The notes beneath the pieces were generated by a model. That model had not been told where the DNA came from and searched no databases. It saw only the letters and a program-made list of their open reading frames with translations. The translations under genes and the position numbers were made by a program. DNA of 60,525 bases, filler included, from Sphacelaria rigidula (Eukaryota), in NCBI GenBank assembly GCA_964200075.2. It is 4 parts of 4 records of this genome, joined end to end, with 100 filler letters (N's around TTAATTAATTAA, not from the genome) between each part and the next. Parts side by side here need not be neighbours in the genome. Positions count along the whole stretch, not along the records: positions 1 to 15,059 come from CAXNAA020001928.1; 3 more parts are not named here. The stretch is one strand, 5' to 3'. Positions within the stretch are counted from its first letter, which is position 1; each line of letters begins with the position of its first letter. Positions 1 through 12,000 of this stretch are shown in pieces.

Positions 1-32
<32 letters not shown>

Positions 33-512
33 CGTAGAAAGTGTCAGACCTGCACGGTTTTTCTTGCGGATCATCTCCGCTGTCCTGGCGATGAACTCGT
101 GTTTAAAGTTCTGCCTTTCAGCTTACTTCGCCCGCTTAAACGCCTTGTCTGTCACCTTCAGCGTAATTCCAAGGTCAGAATTGTTGGAGCTGGCGCGTAG
201 GTTCTCCCATGCACACTTCCTCCCATCACGCGCCTCTTGGAGGTGTTCCTGAGCCTCTGCAATGGCTCACTGAAAACTCTAGGTTGGAAGTTCTTCGGGC
301 AGCGAGGGAGTGTATCCGCGACCATCTGTGGCATGGCGTTGAAGAAGGTGGAGACCATGTTCTAGACGTCCAGGAATGTGGTGAAGTTGATGGCATCCGA
401 GAACTTGGCGACCACGGCCTGGAATACAATCGGTCTCGAACGCCGTTCGGATGTGAGGGCTAAACGCACACCGCTGTTCCCGTACCCGGTGTCGGTCGGA
501 GGTTAGGTGCGG

Positions 513-724
513 GTAATGCGTGGGAGGTCCGCATGCTAAGGGTACCGCACCGAAGTCAAAACAACTCAGGACAGATTTATTCTCAAAACCCGTTGGGCCA
601 GTCCCTGCAGGGAACGCCCTTAACCCTAACCCCAACCGTACGTAACCGTAACACCAACCCCAACCATTGGAATGTTCACATTTCGATGCGGTCCCCTAAG
701 GACGTGGTCCTCCTACGGATTGCA
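513..724 (-). mobile_element. Telomere-repeat-carrying MITE, diverged copy
   Basis: Reverse-orientation copy of the 11939-12147 family, with CCCTAA-like tract and degenerate TAATGCGTG...GGACCGC inverted ends. Confidence 0.75.
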
Positions 725-1857
725 GTGCGCTCCATCCGAGGAGACAGATGCAGACTAAGACTAACCGATGGTCGGATTTCACCTTGGGCTCGACAGGGGC
801 TTTTTTTACAAGTCTTTGGTCTTGTTGACGTCCGAGGATTCAATCTATTCCCCCAACGGTGTTCTTCCTTCGGCCTCTCGTACGTGTACATGACTGAGCT
901 TTCCACTCGACGTGGGTGCCAAAACACGTGTTGGTGGTATAACCATCATATGTTCCGCAGAGCATGTCACCAAGCGCAAGCCATCGTCATGAGGGCGTCT
1001 CTGTCATATCCGGGAGATCCGATCGTTTCCCACGCCTCCTCAACCTACCATTTCGGTACGAGCGTTGGAATCAATCATATGTATAGGGTGCTAGTTGGTG
1101 GGCATTTTGGCAAAGAAACTTCTGAGTATTATGCAGAACTTGGCCTTGTCGGGGATTGTCGCTGTTACAGTGGGGGCGTACGCCACTCTGAACGTTCTGG
1201 CGACTCCGTTCGAAACCTGCTCGAACCTTCAGCATCCTCGCCCTAACGTGCTCCGGGACTTCGCCTTGCGGGTCTAGCGTACCGTCGGCACAATCCTAAT
1301 GGCAAGGCCTACTCCCAGAGTTCCCGGTTCACTTACGCCCTCATTACAGACAGTGGCGACTTCTATGGATGGTATACCCCGCGGTTAGCGCATTGAAGGT
1401 TGTTCTTCGACCGCGACGGATCTCTTGTCGGGGGGATCTGTTGTGGGGAGATGAAATCGCAGCCGTACTTGGAGGCAACGAAATAACAACAGATCCTCCA
1501 TGTGACCTGCGCCGCTGTTTTCCCTCTCAGTCATGGTGCGTACATTCTAGGTGTCGATCGCCAGCGCTTTGGATCGATACACCACTTTCGCATTAGAACG
1601 ATCAAAGGTAAGCCTGTACTTAGCTGCTTGTCGAGCTTCCCCCACAACCCTTTACTTGTCTCTTCTCTCTGAGTCCCTTTTCGATTGGGGTCTGACCCAC
1701 CACGTATGGGCTACTCTCTGTCTCGCAGCTCTCTCCCGTCTACCCCGATCCCTGCCTTGTTTATCCTGCACGGGGGTTAGCGGGTCACACGTATGCTACC
1801 GTCTTCTACTCGAGCTCCTGCCACAATGCTTTCGGAGTTGGAAATGATTCACACTAG

Positions 1858-2058
1858 TGTACTGCGTGAGAGGATCGCGCGCTTTTCGGACCGCATTGGA
1901 GTTCCAACACCCCTATGGTAAGGAAGGGTTAGGGTTTGGGTTAGGATCAGGGGCGCGGTGCCTGCAGGGACTCCGTGGGAGTGGTCTCGGAAAACACCGA
2001 TTCTGGGTTGTTCAAAACCCGATGCTGTCCAAAACGCACGTGATCCTACGATATTACA
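1858..2058 (+). mobile_element. Telomere-repeat-carrying MITE, diverged copy
   Basis: TGCGTGAGAGGATCGCG left end, GGGTTAGGGTTTGGGTTAGG core, CCTGCAGGGACT motif. Confidence 0.7.
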
Positions 2059-3023
2059 TTTGCCGCCCCAGCCGGCAAGGGCAGCGCGTTTTCCGAGATC
2101 ATTACCATGGAGAAGCAATTTCACGAGATGATAACCACCGCATAGTGCGGGGTAGTGTGACAGTAGGTGTCACCTATTCCCGCTCTGTCGTGGCGTGGAT
2201 CAGCTTAACCGTGAGGGTTACCTAGTCTTTGCACGAGCCGGGTGCTGTACCCGCCCAGGGGTCCCTGCCTCCTGCTGCCCCGACGCGGTCTCGGCGGCTT
2301 GCAGCCACCGCCGGGGGGTGAGGATCGACTGTCTCGCGAGGTGGTATTCACAGTATGACGTGAGCGCGGCGTGGTGACAACAGCAGTGACCTAATATACG
2401 CACGACCGTGGCATGAAGTACTAAGGTAGTACAAGTCAAAGAGGAGAACGATACCAGAGACTATTTCGATTCTGACCCCCTCCTGCAGGACTTACGGATA
2501 GGTAGAGGAGTGGTGAAAGAAAAGTGGGTCCAAATCGCCGCCCCGTGGGTGAGGAGTTGGTAATGTGATGGCAGAGATTGTGCGAGGGGACGATCTGCCT
2601 GTGTGAAGAAATGCCATTACGTTGGGTACTGAGCTGTTTTCCTATGCTTCTCTGTTCTACAATATGAGCGGCAGCTTCAATCTTGAGGCCTGCGACCAAT
2701 TTGACATTAAGCCACATGCCAGACACTTGTACAGACGAACAAGAGCAAGGCCTCTAAATGACAGTACAAGTGCAAGCACGTCCTCAAATGTGAGTGAAGT
2801 TGACGTTCAACCAGCGATCTTGAAGTTGAAGACGTGAATCCCGGTGATTCGATGTCCCACCTGCATGTTGTGGCGGACTGACCAACAGGAAGAAATGCTT
2901 ATACACCTCTCCCATATGTGCGCCTTATCCGAATCAACTTGAAACTCATTTGATCGTTTTCATTTTTCCGTTTCTTCCCGTTTTCTTCCCTATACTCCTT
3001 GCTCGTGCGTCTCCTGTTTAAAG

Positions 3024-6000
3024 ATATACAAGGGTGCAAAAGGATGATAGTCCCCTGTATGTGTTTGACACCAAGTTCGCGAATGATAGGCAAGGACGGG
3101 AGATGATGCGCGAGTACTCCGTGCCCGACCTTTTCCCTGAAGATCTCTTCAGTTGCATGGAGGAGCGGAGGCCGCCCTTCAGGTAATTTGAAAAACAACT
3201 GGTTATCGTTCACATCAGTCGGAAGCAAGACAGAATCCATGCCGTCACTTGACGTGTGAGGCAGTGCATCCCGCAATTATTCGTATGATGAGCGGTCTCC
3301 GTCGATGAACTTGTACTCATTTTGAATTGGACTGTTTGTTTTTATCTGTAATTCTGAGGACTCACTGTTGCTCTCTTCGTAGTTGGTGGCGCAGTGCCCC
3401 ATTGTTTCCCGGAGCAAATGAAATGTGCGTAGGGCGCGTAAGGTCGCCATTCGGGTTAACGTTCGGTGTTGTACACGGTAGTTTGTTTGTACCCCCAACC
3501 TTGGACTGTGTACGTTGTGGCCGTTGAGCTCCATTGTGGCATGTTCACGGCTAGAGTTTCACGTTCCAATGCTTCTGCGGAACATGTCTAGAAATGCCTG
3601 GCTGTCGACGAATTGAAACGCTAGATCATGGCTGGTAGTGTTGCATTCGTGCTCCAGTGATGGTGTGCACATCGACCGCGTCTACTCAGAATGAAGACCT
3701 CTGTAGTGGTTCACGGGCTTTTACGTCCGACGGTACATGTCAGCTCCCACTCTGTTCAGAACCACGGACGGCTTCGGTATGCACTAAAGAGAGGGCTAAT
3801 TCAGCACCTAACAATTGCCCAATCACCATCCATTTTGCTAGAAAACCTGATGGTCTCCGTATGCACTGGAGAGAGGATTGATTCGTTCCCGAACACCGCC
3901 TTTGCGAATATGTTCAACCAGTGGGCCATTATGTACTGTAGTGCCTGTGTCATGCCTCGTTCTCTATATAATTCCGCCAATAGGGGTTGTGACGACACTA
4001 CGCCGTCATGTTGACTTGGTAGTAGTGGTCTGAATAATGACCGGGGGCATGGGGATTCTGGAAGACTCTGGATAATGACCGGGGGCACGGGGATGATACC
4101 CTGCGGGTCTAGGAGGTTGTGCCTACAAGGGCACTCCGGGTATAATGAAATGTTGTAAAGGCTGACAACTGAAACTGATGCCAGTGAGACTGGGGAGTCC
4201 CTCAACAGCAGTGACCCACCAGTGCCTCTATTGACTAGCGTCACAGTGTTGATATTAGTGTCAGTGCTAGATCTAGTACCTAGCGAAACCGGCTGGAAGA
4301 ATTTCGGCGGAAGAGTCTGGTAGCTGTGGACAACCTGATGCACAACAGACGCGAGGAAGGGGTACAAGCTGAGATGATCGGCAGAAAAGTGGTTGGCCTG
4401 TGATTGATCCAGACTAGAGACTTACTGAAGGTGCGTGCGGCGGGAGTTTGGAGGCTTCTACGACTGTGTAGTGCGGCGACGAAGCAAGGGTGAAGTGTGC
4501 AATTCGCGACGGTCCGTTGGCCTGCGAAAGGTGCGCAGGTAGCTTGCTGCTGCTATGGCGACCGGCTCGCGCGCGGCGTCCAGCGTGACGCCCGTGGCTA
4601 TGCGGGAAGAGTTTCGATCTCTCCAATACGGGGATAGGTACTCCGAGAGTGCATTTCGCACTTTCTATACGAAGTACGTAGAGTACAGTAAGCGTGTGGA
4701 GCACGCTAACGCAGGGGGTGCAGTGCGACATCAGGTAGTGTCAATGGCTCAACAAGTGCCCACGCATGCGCAAAGAGTGTTTGCGCATGTGGAACATGAT
4801 GAGAGCACAATATCCCCGCTGCAAATGATTGTGGCGATTGAAAAGCATGCTGGGCATACGGCGGGCGCCGAGGTGGAGTTGACCCAAGCGTCTGGGGTGG
4901 AGAAAGCTGTCGCCTGGAGTCTCGGGAAGAGACGATGCTAGAGCGGGCGAGACCAATCCTGTCCAATCTGGAAGAATACTTCCCTGAAAATCCGAACGTG
5001 CAACTCGTATATCGTTCCCCCGATAATGAGTTCATTCCGGGCCCGGCTGCCGTAATCACCGAGGCTTTGGTCGAGGGGTGAACGCAGGAAACATTGGCGC
5101 AAGCCGTGCTTGTTAGGCTGCAGCACGAAACAGATTGGAATGCCGACCCGTACCTGGTGATGGACACCGTCGTGGCCGAGGCCAAGGAGTGGCGAAGGGT
5201 AGAGGTGCTCGGCCAGTCGTCCACCTCCACGCCGGAGTCTTTGCGCCACCACGGCTCGAATTCGGCCGGCCGCACCGCGACCATCACCTGACACCGCTCT
5301 GGCCAGGTTGGCCATTACGCACGCAATTGCCAACGTCTTCCGGTGGAGAGTCTGGGCAGTCTCATGCCGCACGTCAACAGCATCTACAGCACAAAGGCAA
5401 AGTACAAGGTGATCGGGGTGGTGGCGGCGGCTGATTCTCCGGCGGTGGAGAATCGCAGTCGAGTTTTCAGCAGCAGCTGCAGCAGCGGCGGCGTCGTCAG
5501 CATCGGTCTGGTTCTGGGTCCGGCGCCGCCGTAGGTGCTTCTGCTCCGAAACAGGGGGTGCGGGTGGGACTGGGTTCTACAGTGTCGAACTTTGCGCCGG
5601 CGCGGGTAGCGGTGCTGGTCGCGACGCCGGCAGCAGCGCCAGGTACGACGCGTGGTGATGCGCTGGTCGGAGGTTCGCCAAATTCTTGGTCTGCTGGCTG
5701 GGGGTCGTTCCCGCCGGCGGTGCCGTTTGAACCTGCCCGGGCGTCTTCGCCTGCGCAGCTTGCGCAGCCGTGGTGGCGTCAAGTAGGATTAGCGGCGCAT
5801 CGGTCGGCGGATGAAGTGCCAGTGGAGTTTGCGGACAGGTACGTTCCTGCGGAGGTGTGTCTTCCAAATCAACGGGAGGAGCAATGCTACGGTAGGGGTG
5901 CACTTTTTTCGCGAAATTTGGTCTGGTCCAGAGGCTCCTAAAGATTCGAGATGCACAAGAATATGGGTCAGGGCATCCCCATTCGCAGATTAGTTCGGGG

Positions 6001-9000
6001 TATCCCCAGCGCATTGGAATAGTAATCCTGGCGTGCTCTCGCGTATTTGTTTAAGTCGTGTTCTGGATGAGATAAATGGCTCCTAATAATTCTGACCTCA
6101 GAAAATATTTGTGTACCCCTACCGTAGCATTGCTCGGAGCATTGAGCCATTGCTGTGCGAATTGTGTGGGATTCTGGTGCCCACTTCCGAATTCCTCGGT
6201 GCAGATTGCAGAGATGTCGGAGCGTCTTCTCCCGCGTGTGCCGCTGCGCATCCCTTTTTCACTCGGTGCGTGGCAGGCCGTCACCGCGTGGGGTCAGTAC
6301 GTTCCCATCACGGAGCATACTGTTCCGCTGCAGCTAGCTTTCACGACTGCCTGGGGGGCAACGCCGTTGCCTCCAATCTCGTTTGCGATCATGCCGAGGT
6401 CGGATAGCTTCATTTTTCTGGGGTTGCCGACGGTTCAGGATCCTGGAGTCGACCTTTGTGCTCGGTTGTGGGACTTCATCAAGACGCGCATGTCTCCGCC
6501 TGGTCCGCACGTGGAGACATGCGCCGTTTGAGGCAGCCATCGCGTGAGCTTGTCGGTGGATGCTTTTCAGGAGGCTGGGGGGCACGTGACCGAGGAGCAG
6601 GATGAGGCAGTGGTACGCTTGGTGAAGCACGGCACGGAGATGTTTATGGATTCGGCGGAAGAGGAGTCCGTTTGGTAGGCGGCGCTGGAGGAGAGTGTGA
6701 AGGATGCTGTGGCGAAAGGCCTCAGCGTCTCAAAAGCGGAGCGCCTGCGCGGCGTCTTGCACCGCCGTGTCAACCCGTTTCGTCGTGACCTGCCGGGTGA
6801 TCCTGCGCGCGTGGAGCTCGTGCGTGTTTAGCCAAAACGTTGGGCGTCCGCCGTAAAGACGAAGCCGCGGCGGTACGATTCGGTGAAGTCGAGTTGGTTG
6901 GCGTCGTGCATGGCGGCTCTTTTGGCGCTCGGGTTGTTGTTCCGGAACTTGCAGGCGGTGCGGTCCAGTCCGCGGTTCCGAAAAAGGGCTCATTTCGCCT
7001 GGTAAGCGACTACGAGGCCATGAATGAACAGGTTGAGAAGTCGCTGTGTGTGATGCCCAACCAAGAGTCGGACATGCGTGATTCGTTGAGTGCTCGTTTG
7101 TTTGGCAAGTTGGACCTCCTCTAAGGCTACTGGCAGATGCTCTTGGCGGAGGAGACGCAAAACATTTTGACAATCACGATTTCATGTGGCTCGTTTACCC
7201 CGACGTGAGTGCCGCAAGGCGTGCTGAATGCCACGGCATATTTTCGAGGCATCATGACAGAACTTCTCGTCGGCTTGAAATGCAAAATATGGTTGGATGA
7301 TTTTTTTTCGCAGACACGGAACACGAACTCTTAGGCACGCTTGGTGCTATCTTGGCTCGTTTAGAGAGTGTTTGTTTGTTTGCGGCTGCGCACAAGTGTA
7401 CGTTTTTCACTAGTAAACTCGTGAGGTGTGGGAAAGTGCACTCACACGGACGCATATCTCATGACCATGTCAGATTTCAAGGCTTGTCTGACATGGGGCA
7501 CCCAGAGACGGCCGCAGAACTCACGCGATTCCTTCAGACCGCAAATTGGCTGCGTACCTTGTTGCCGCGTATGGTAGAAATCGTGTGGCCCTTGCGTCTT
7601 TTACTCTAAGAAGTCATAACGGGTGCTGCGAGGCGCAGGAAGTGTGGCAAAAAACCCCGCTATTCCGCCTGCATCGTGGACGGAGGGCAGGCTGCAGGCG
7701 TGGGTGGCAGCGAAGGATCTCGTGGCTCATGCCGTGACACTGTTCCAGCCTCCTCCTGATTATCAGGTGTTGATGTTTCCAAATGCATCTGAGTGCCATT
7801 GGGGTAGTTTCGTCACGCAGGTGCGTGAAGTTGATATGCAACGACGCTTGCCGGTCAAGAATATGACGCGTAAACCGCTGGCTTTCCTCAGCGGTAGTTT
7901 CAAGGGTTCGCAGTTGCGTTGGGCCACCATTGACAGGAAAGGTTTTGCTGTTGTGAGCACTTTTTGTCGTTTGGAGCATCTTTTGTGGGATGCCGTGCAT
8001 ATTTTCACGGATCATCGTAATCCAGTGTATACGTTCAACCCGGAAGCGTGCGTTACGTCTGTGTCGAAGGCATTGGCACAATGTTTGGAGGGTTGGAAAG
8101 GTGTTCTTGGCCAGTGTTATTACTCGATTTGCCATATGTCGGGTGATCGTAACGCGTGGGGTGACTTGCTTTTGCGTTGAGTGAATATTCTGGCTCTGCC
8201 TGTGCACGCTGTGACTGTGTATGGTCCGTGTGAACCTGATGACTCGATGTCGTCCAAATCTGTTGTTCGCCAAGCGCAACGGAAATAACTTGGTGGCCGA
8301 AGATGTGGATGTGCAATCTTTCGAGTCGTGTGTTAGTACTGCCATTTTATACAATGAAGATTTGTTTAGTGTGCATGTGCGTGGCCGAAACGTTTTGTGG
8401 ATTCCGAGTTCTGGCAAAGCAGTTGTAGGTACGTCTGATGATTTGCGCGCATATGCGCAAGGACGGTATTGGAAAGGCGAGCCTACGTCTGTGACCACGG
8501 GTTCGCGAGATCGGACTAATGTGCGGAAATAATAATAATAATAATAATAAAATAATGCGCGACGCCCGGCATCGTGGTGTGACTGCCACGGTCATGCGCT
8601 TGCGAGAATTTTGTGTCTGGCGGGAGATATAAACTCATGTGCGCGAATTTGTCCGCCAGTGTCTTTACTATGTGGACTGGAGGGCGGGCGATGTTGTTCC
8701 TCGCTCGGTGGGTGAAACGGTTCATGGGACCATGCCGAATGAAGTCGTCCATTTTGACTTCTTGTACGTGGCCGAGAGTGACTCGCTAGCTTCCCGAGGT
8801 TAGTCGGAAGATGCTGGGTTTCAATATCGTTTGGTAATCATGGATGATTTTAGCAACTTCGTGTCTCTGGAACGAGAAGCAGTGTGTACTGCTGAATCGA
8901 CTGCTGCATTTTTGCTGAGTGGGTGCAAATCTTTGGGGGTGCCGCGTGTGTGGGTGATGATACCGCCACGCATTTCAAGAACGCGATCTTGGCCCAATGG

Positions 9001-12000
9001 CGAGAGGCTTCGCACGTTGATCACCAGTTTGCGGTGGCGTATTCTCGGTAGTCTAACGGCACGTGCGAACGCATGGTCAAGGAAATAGTTGGGTAGTTTG
9101 TGCTTTTCGCTCAGGTTTTTTCGAGCTGCGTGGAGCGGTTTCCGGGTGGGTGGACGTGTTCCCTGCGGTGCAATGGGCGCTCAATACAGCGTATCGTCGC
9201 CTTTACGATAGCACGGTGTACCACGTGATGTTTGGTCGTGCTTCTTGGACGTTATTCCCGGTGTTGATGTTTTCGTCGGCGGGGGAATGGAATTGTGATA
9301 TCTTGGATGATAGTCAAATTAAGCGTGCGGTGCAAGGAGTCTTGGACTTGCAAGAACGTTTCCACGTTCAAGTACAGGAGCGTGTTGCCGCTGAACGTGC
9401 GCGTAGACGTTAGGAGTCATCATCGACGCTGGAACTGCCGAATTTTGAGGTAGACGACTATGTCTGGTATGCACGCGTATGTCGTCCGGACGTAACGCCC
9501 AAGTTGATGGCGACGTGGACTGGTGCATGGAGAATGGTTGGTGATCACCACCCGCACATGCTTGAGGTCCAGAACATTGTTTCAGGTCGTGTGTTAAGAC
9601 CGCCCCTGTAGCGCGTTTGCATTTTTATACAGACTCGCATCTTAATGTTACGGCTGACGTTAAGGGCGTGTTTCAGCACGCTTTCGGTTAGGGGTAATTC
9701 CAGATGGCTGGTATCGCCCGAGTGGCAGAAGCAGACGATCGTTCGTTCATAGTGTTGATCGACTGGGTTGGTTTTGAAGTTGACAAGAGTACGTGGGAGC
9801 CTTTCGAGGATATTTGTGTGGCCGCTTCAGAAATTCTCACGAAGGAGTTGCGTAAATTGCGCGTGACTCGTGCTGTTGCTGCTCGCGTTACGCGTGAGTT
9901 TGGTATTCCGTTACGACTTGCTCATCGTTTTGGCGTTTTCTATGTGTCAATCTTGCTGATCGAGATTTGTACGACGCGCTTTGTGAGTGCTGTGACGAGA
10001 TCACGCCGTTACGTTGAGTTGGTAGTGATGGTCTGGGTAATGGCCGGGGGCACGGGGACTCTGGAAGATTCTGAGAAGACTCTGGATAATGACCGGGGAC
10101 ACGGGGATGATACCCTGCGGGGCTAGGAGGTTGTGCCTATAAGGGCACTCCGGATATATTGAAATGTTGTAAAGGCTGACAACTGAAACTGAGGCCAGTG
10201 AGGCTGGGGAGTCCCTCAACAGCAGTGACCCACCAGTTTTTATTGTGGCTGGCGTCACAGGGTGTATTTTACGAGCACCTGCCTGTTCCACTCAAGGATT
10301 CAGGTGATACCTAACTCTAACCTTGTGGTCCTTTTGGTTCGGTTGTTGTGTCGGGTTTGGTCTTGAAACCTCGTATCTTGTTTCCAAAAACTTACATACG
10401 GACTAAATTCCATGAAAGGAATCTCCTGCACGTAAATGTTGTTGTGTTGCACTGTTGCTCTTCACCGGTTGAATCAGGCAAGTCGCTTCGGTCAGTCAGG
10501 CGAGTTTTCCCCATGCGCTCCGTCCCGACGAATCTTTAAACCAGCATAGCTTCATTGACTTCCTCTCCTCCCTATGCGCATCCGTGATTACAGTGCGTAA
10601 GGAGGTATACAGATTTTTACCGGCTTACAGTAATCATCTCAAACATGAAGAAGAAAGCATGTTGCTCGAAACATGATGACGCAGGTGGTTCTTGGTAGGA
10701 CCCGTGCGCTCCGGCAGCACCGTGCACACCGACCCCTTGGGCACAAGCGCATGGAATACCCTGTTATCCGGTCGCAAGCTGTGGGTCCTGTCCCCGCCGG
10801 GTAGCCTTGAGGCCTTGGAAGGGAAAAAGCTGTGGAGCGAGATATGGAGCGAGAAGAAAGTCCGGAGAGATGTTCAACCCATGAACTACTTCGTGGAGGT
10901 TCTACCGCGTGTCTTGTAAGTGTTTCATGTAGTGGTGTACCTGAGTATTTGCTGGCACGTTTCGCTCGATTGCGACAATGTTCGTGTTTCGAATGCAACA
11001 GTTTTCATGTGATGACATTATCCAGTCCGGTTGTTCCTCAGAACCTCTGGAATCATACCACTAGCGAACACGAGCGCGAAATGGGTGTGCACATTGTGGC
11101 AGTCAGCCATGTGAAGAGAGAATCTTGAATTACTTTTCCTTGTTGTTTTACGCTGTCATTTTTTACCGGCTTATGTTCCGATTGTAATGCGTGAGAGGAC
11201 CGCGTGCTTAGAGGACCGCATCGGAATTTGAACATCGTTAGGGTTAGGGTTGGGGTTGGGGCTAATGTTGGGGTTAGGGTCAGGAGCGTGGTACCGGCAG
11301 GGTCTGGCCCGAATAATCTTGAAAAACATCGCACGCATTACACCGATGCTAGCGGTGCATTTATGTTATTCTTGGCCGGCCCGTCGTGTTCGTTGTTCAT
11401 GGTTTTGTACCGGATAACATGCTGTTTCCTCATGCAGGGTTCGCTAAGTTTGTCACTCATACCGTATTTGAGGTGCTCTACACTGCATATAACCGACACC
11501 CGTAGCTTACCACGTTTTCACCACTTGCCGTTTATCGTTGGGTAAAAGCAGGAATCTCTCAAGAAGGTACTCTCTTGCAGCCTTCGCCCACTCCGACACT
11601 GTAGTGTCAGGAGTAGTACGCGTGGGGTAGATTATTTCCAACTCGCGAAACCTCTCGTGAGGGCTGTAGGCCAAGACTTGTGTCGAGCTCCCAAGCACAA
11701 GTTGCCCCATGTTGTTCTTTGTAAGTATGGTGATGATGAGCTGCATTATCATCGCTCGCACATCATGATGAACCAAGCGAGATTCGCAACACGGGTGGCT
11801 ACTGGGGTGCCTGCAACCTCAAATTTGGACGTTACAGACCTTGTGCAACGTCAGTAACGTCCAAATTTGAGGTTGCAGGCACCCCAGTAGCCACCCGTGA
11901 ATCCATGAGTGATACATCAATGAGCAATTCAATTCCTCTAATGCGTGAGAGGACCGCGTGCTTAAAGGACCGCATCGGTATTTGAACATCCCCATCGTTA

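Larger units (their letters stand above)
4555..9915 (+). pseudogene. gag-pol pseudogene (Gag, PR, RT, RNase H, IN, chromodomain)
   Basis: ORF fragments 4555-4941, 6840-7124, 7352-7609, 7623-8180, 8831-9413 and 9704 onward carry successive gypsy motifs; broken by stops, frameshifts and two insertions. Confidence 0.9.
3988..10259 (+). mobile_element. Full-length decayed Ty3/gypsy LTR retrotransposon with chromodomain, in JmjC intron
   Basis: Two LTRs bounded by TGTGACG...CGTCACA and a 4-bp TSD GGGT (3984-3987, 10260-10263). The internal order is gag, protease (VWDSGA ~6160), RT ([34 protein letters not shown]), RNase H ([22 protein letters not shown]), integrase and chromodomain ([13 protein letters not shown] ~9760). 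Many stops and frameshifts. Confidence 0.95.

Noticed and set aside
35-1277. Possible decayed coding or transposase sequence on the minus strand
   Set aside because: Coding-like composition but no motif I can name; several stops.
3650-3987. Older minus-strand transposase remnant split by the LTR insertion
   Set aside because: Rebuilding the empty site does not give a continuous frame, and the motif resemblance is too weak.
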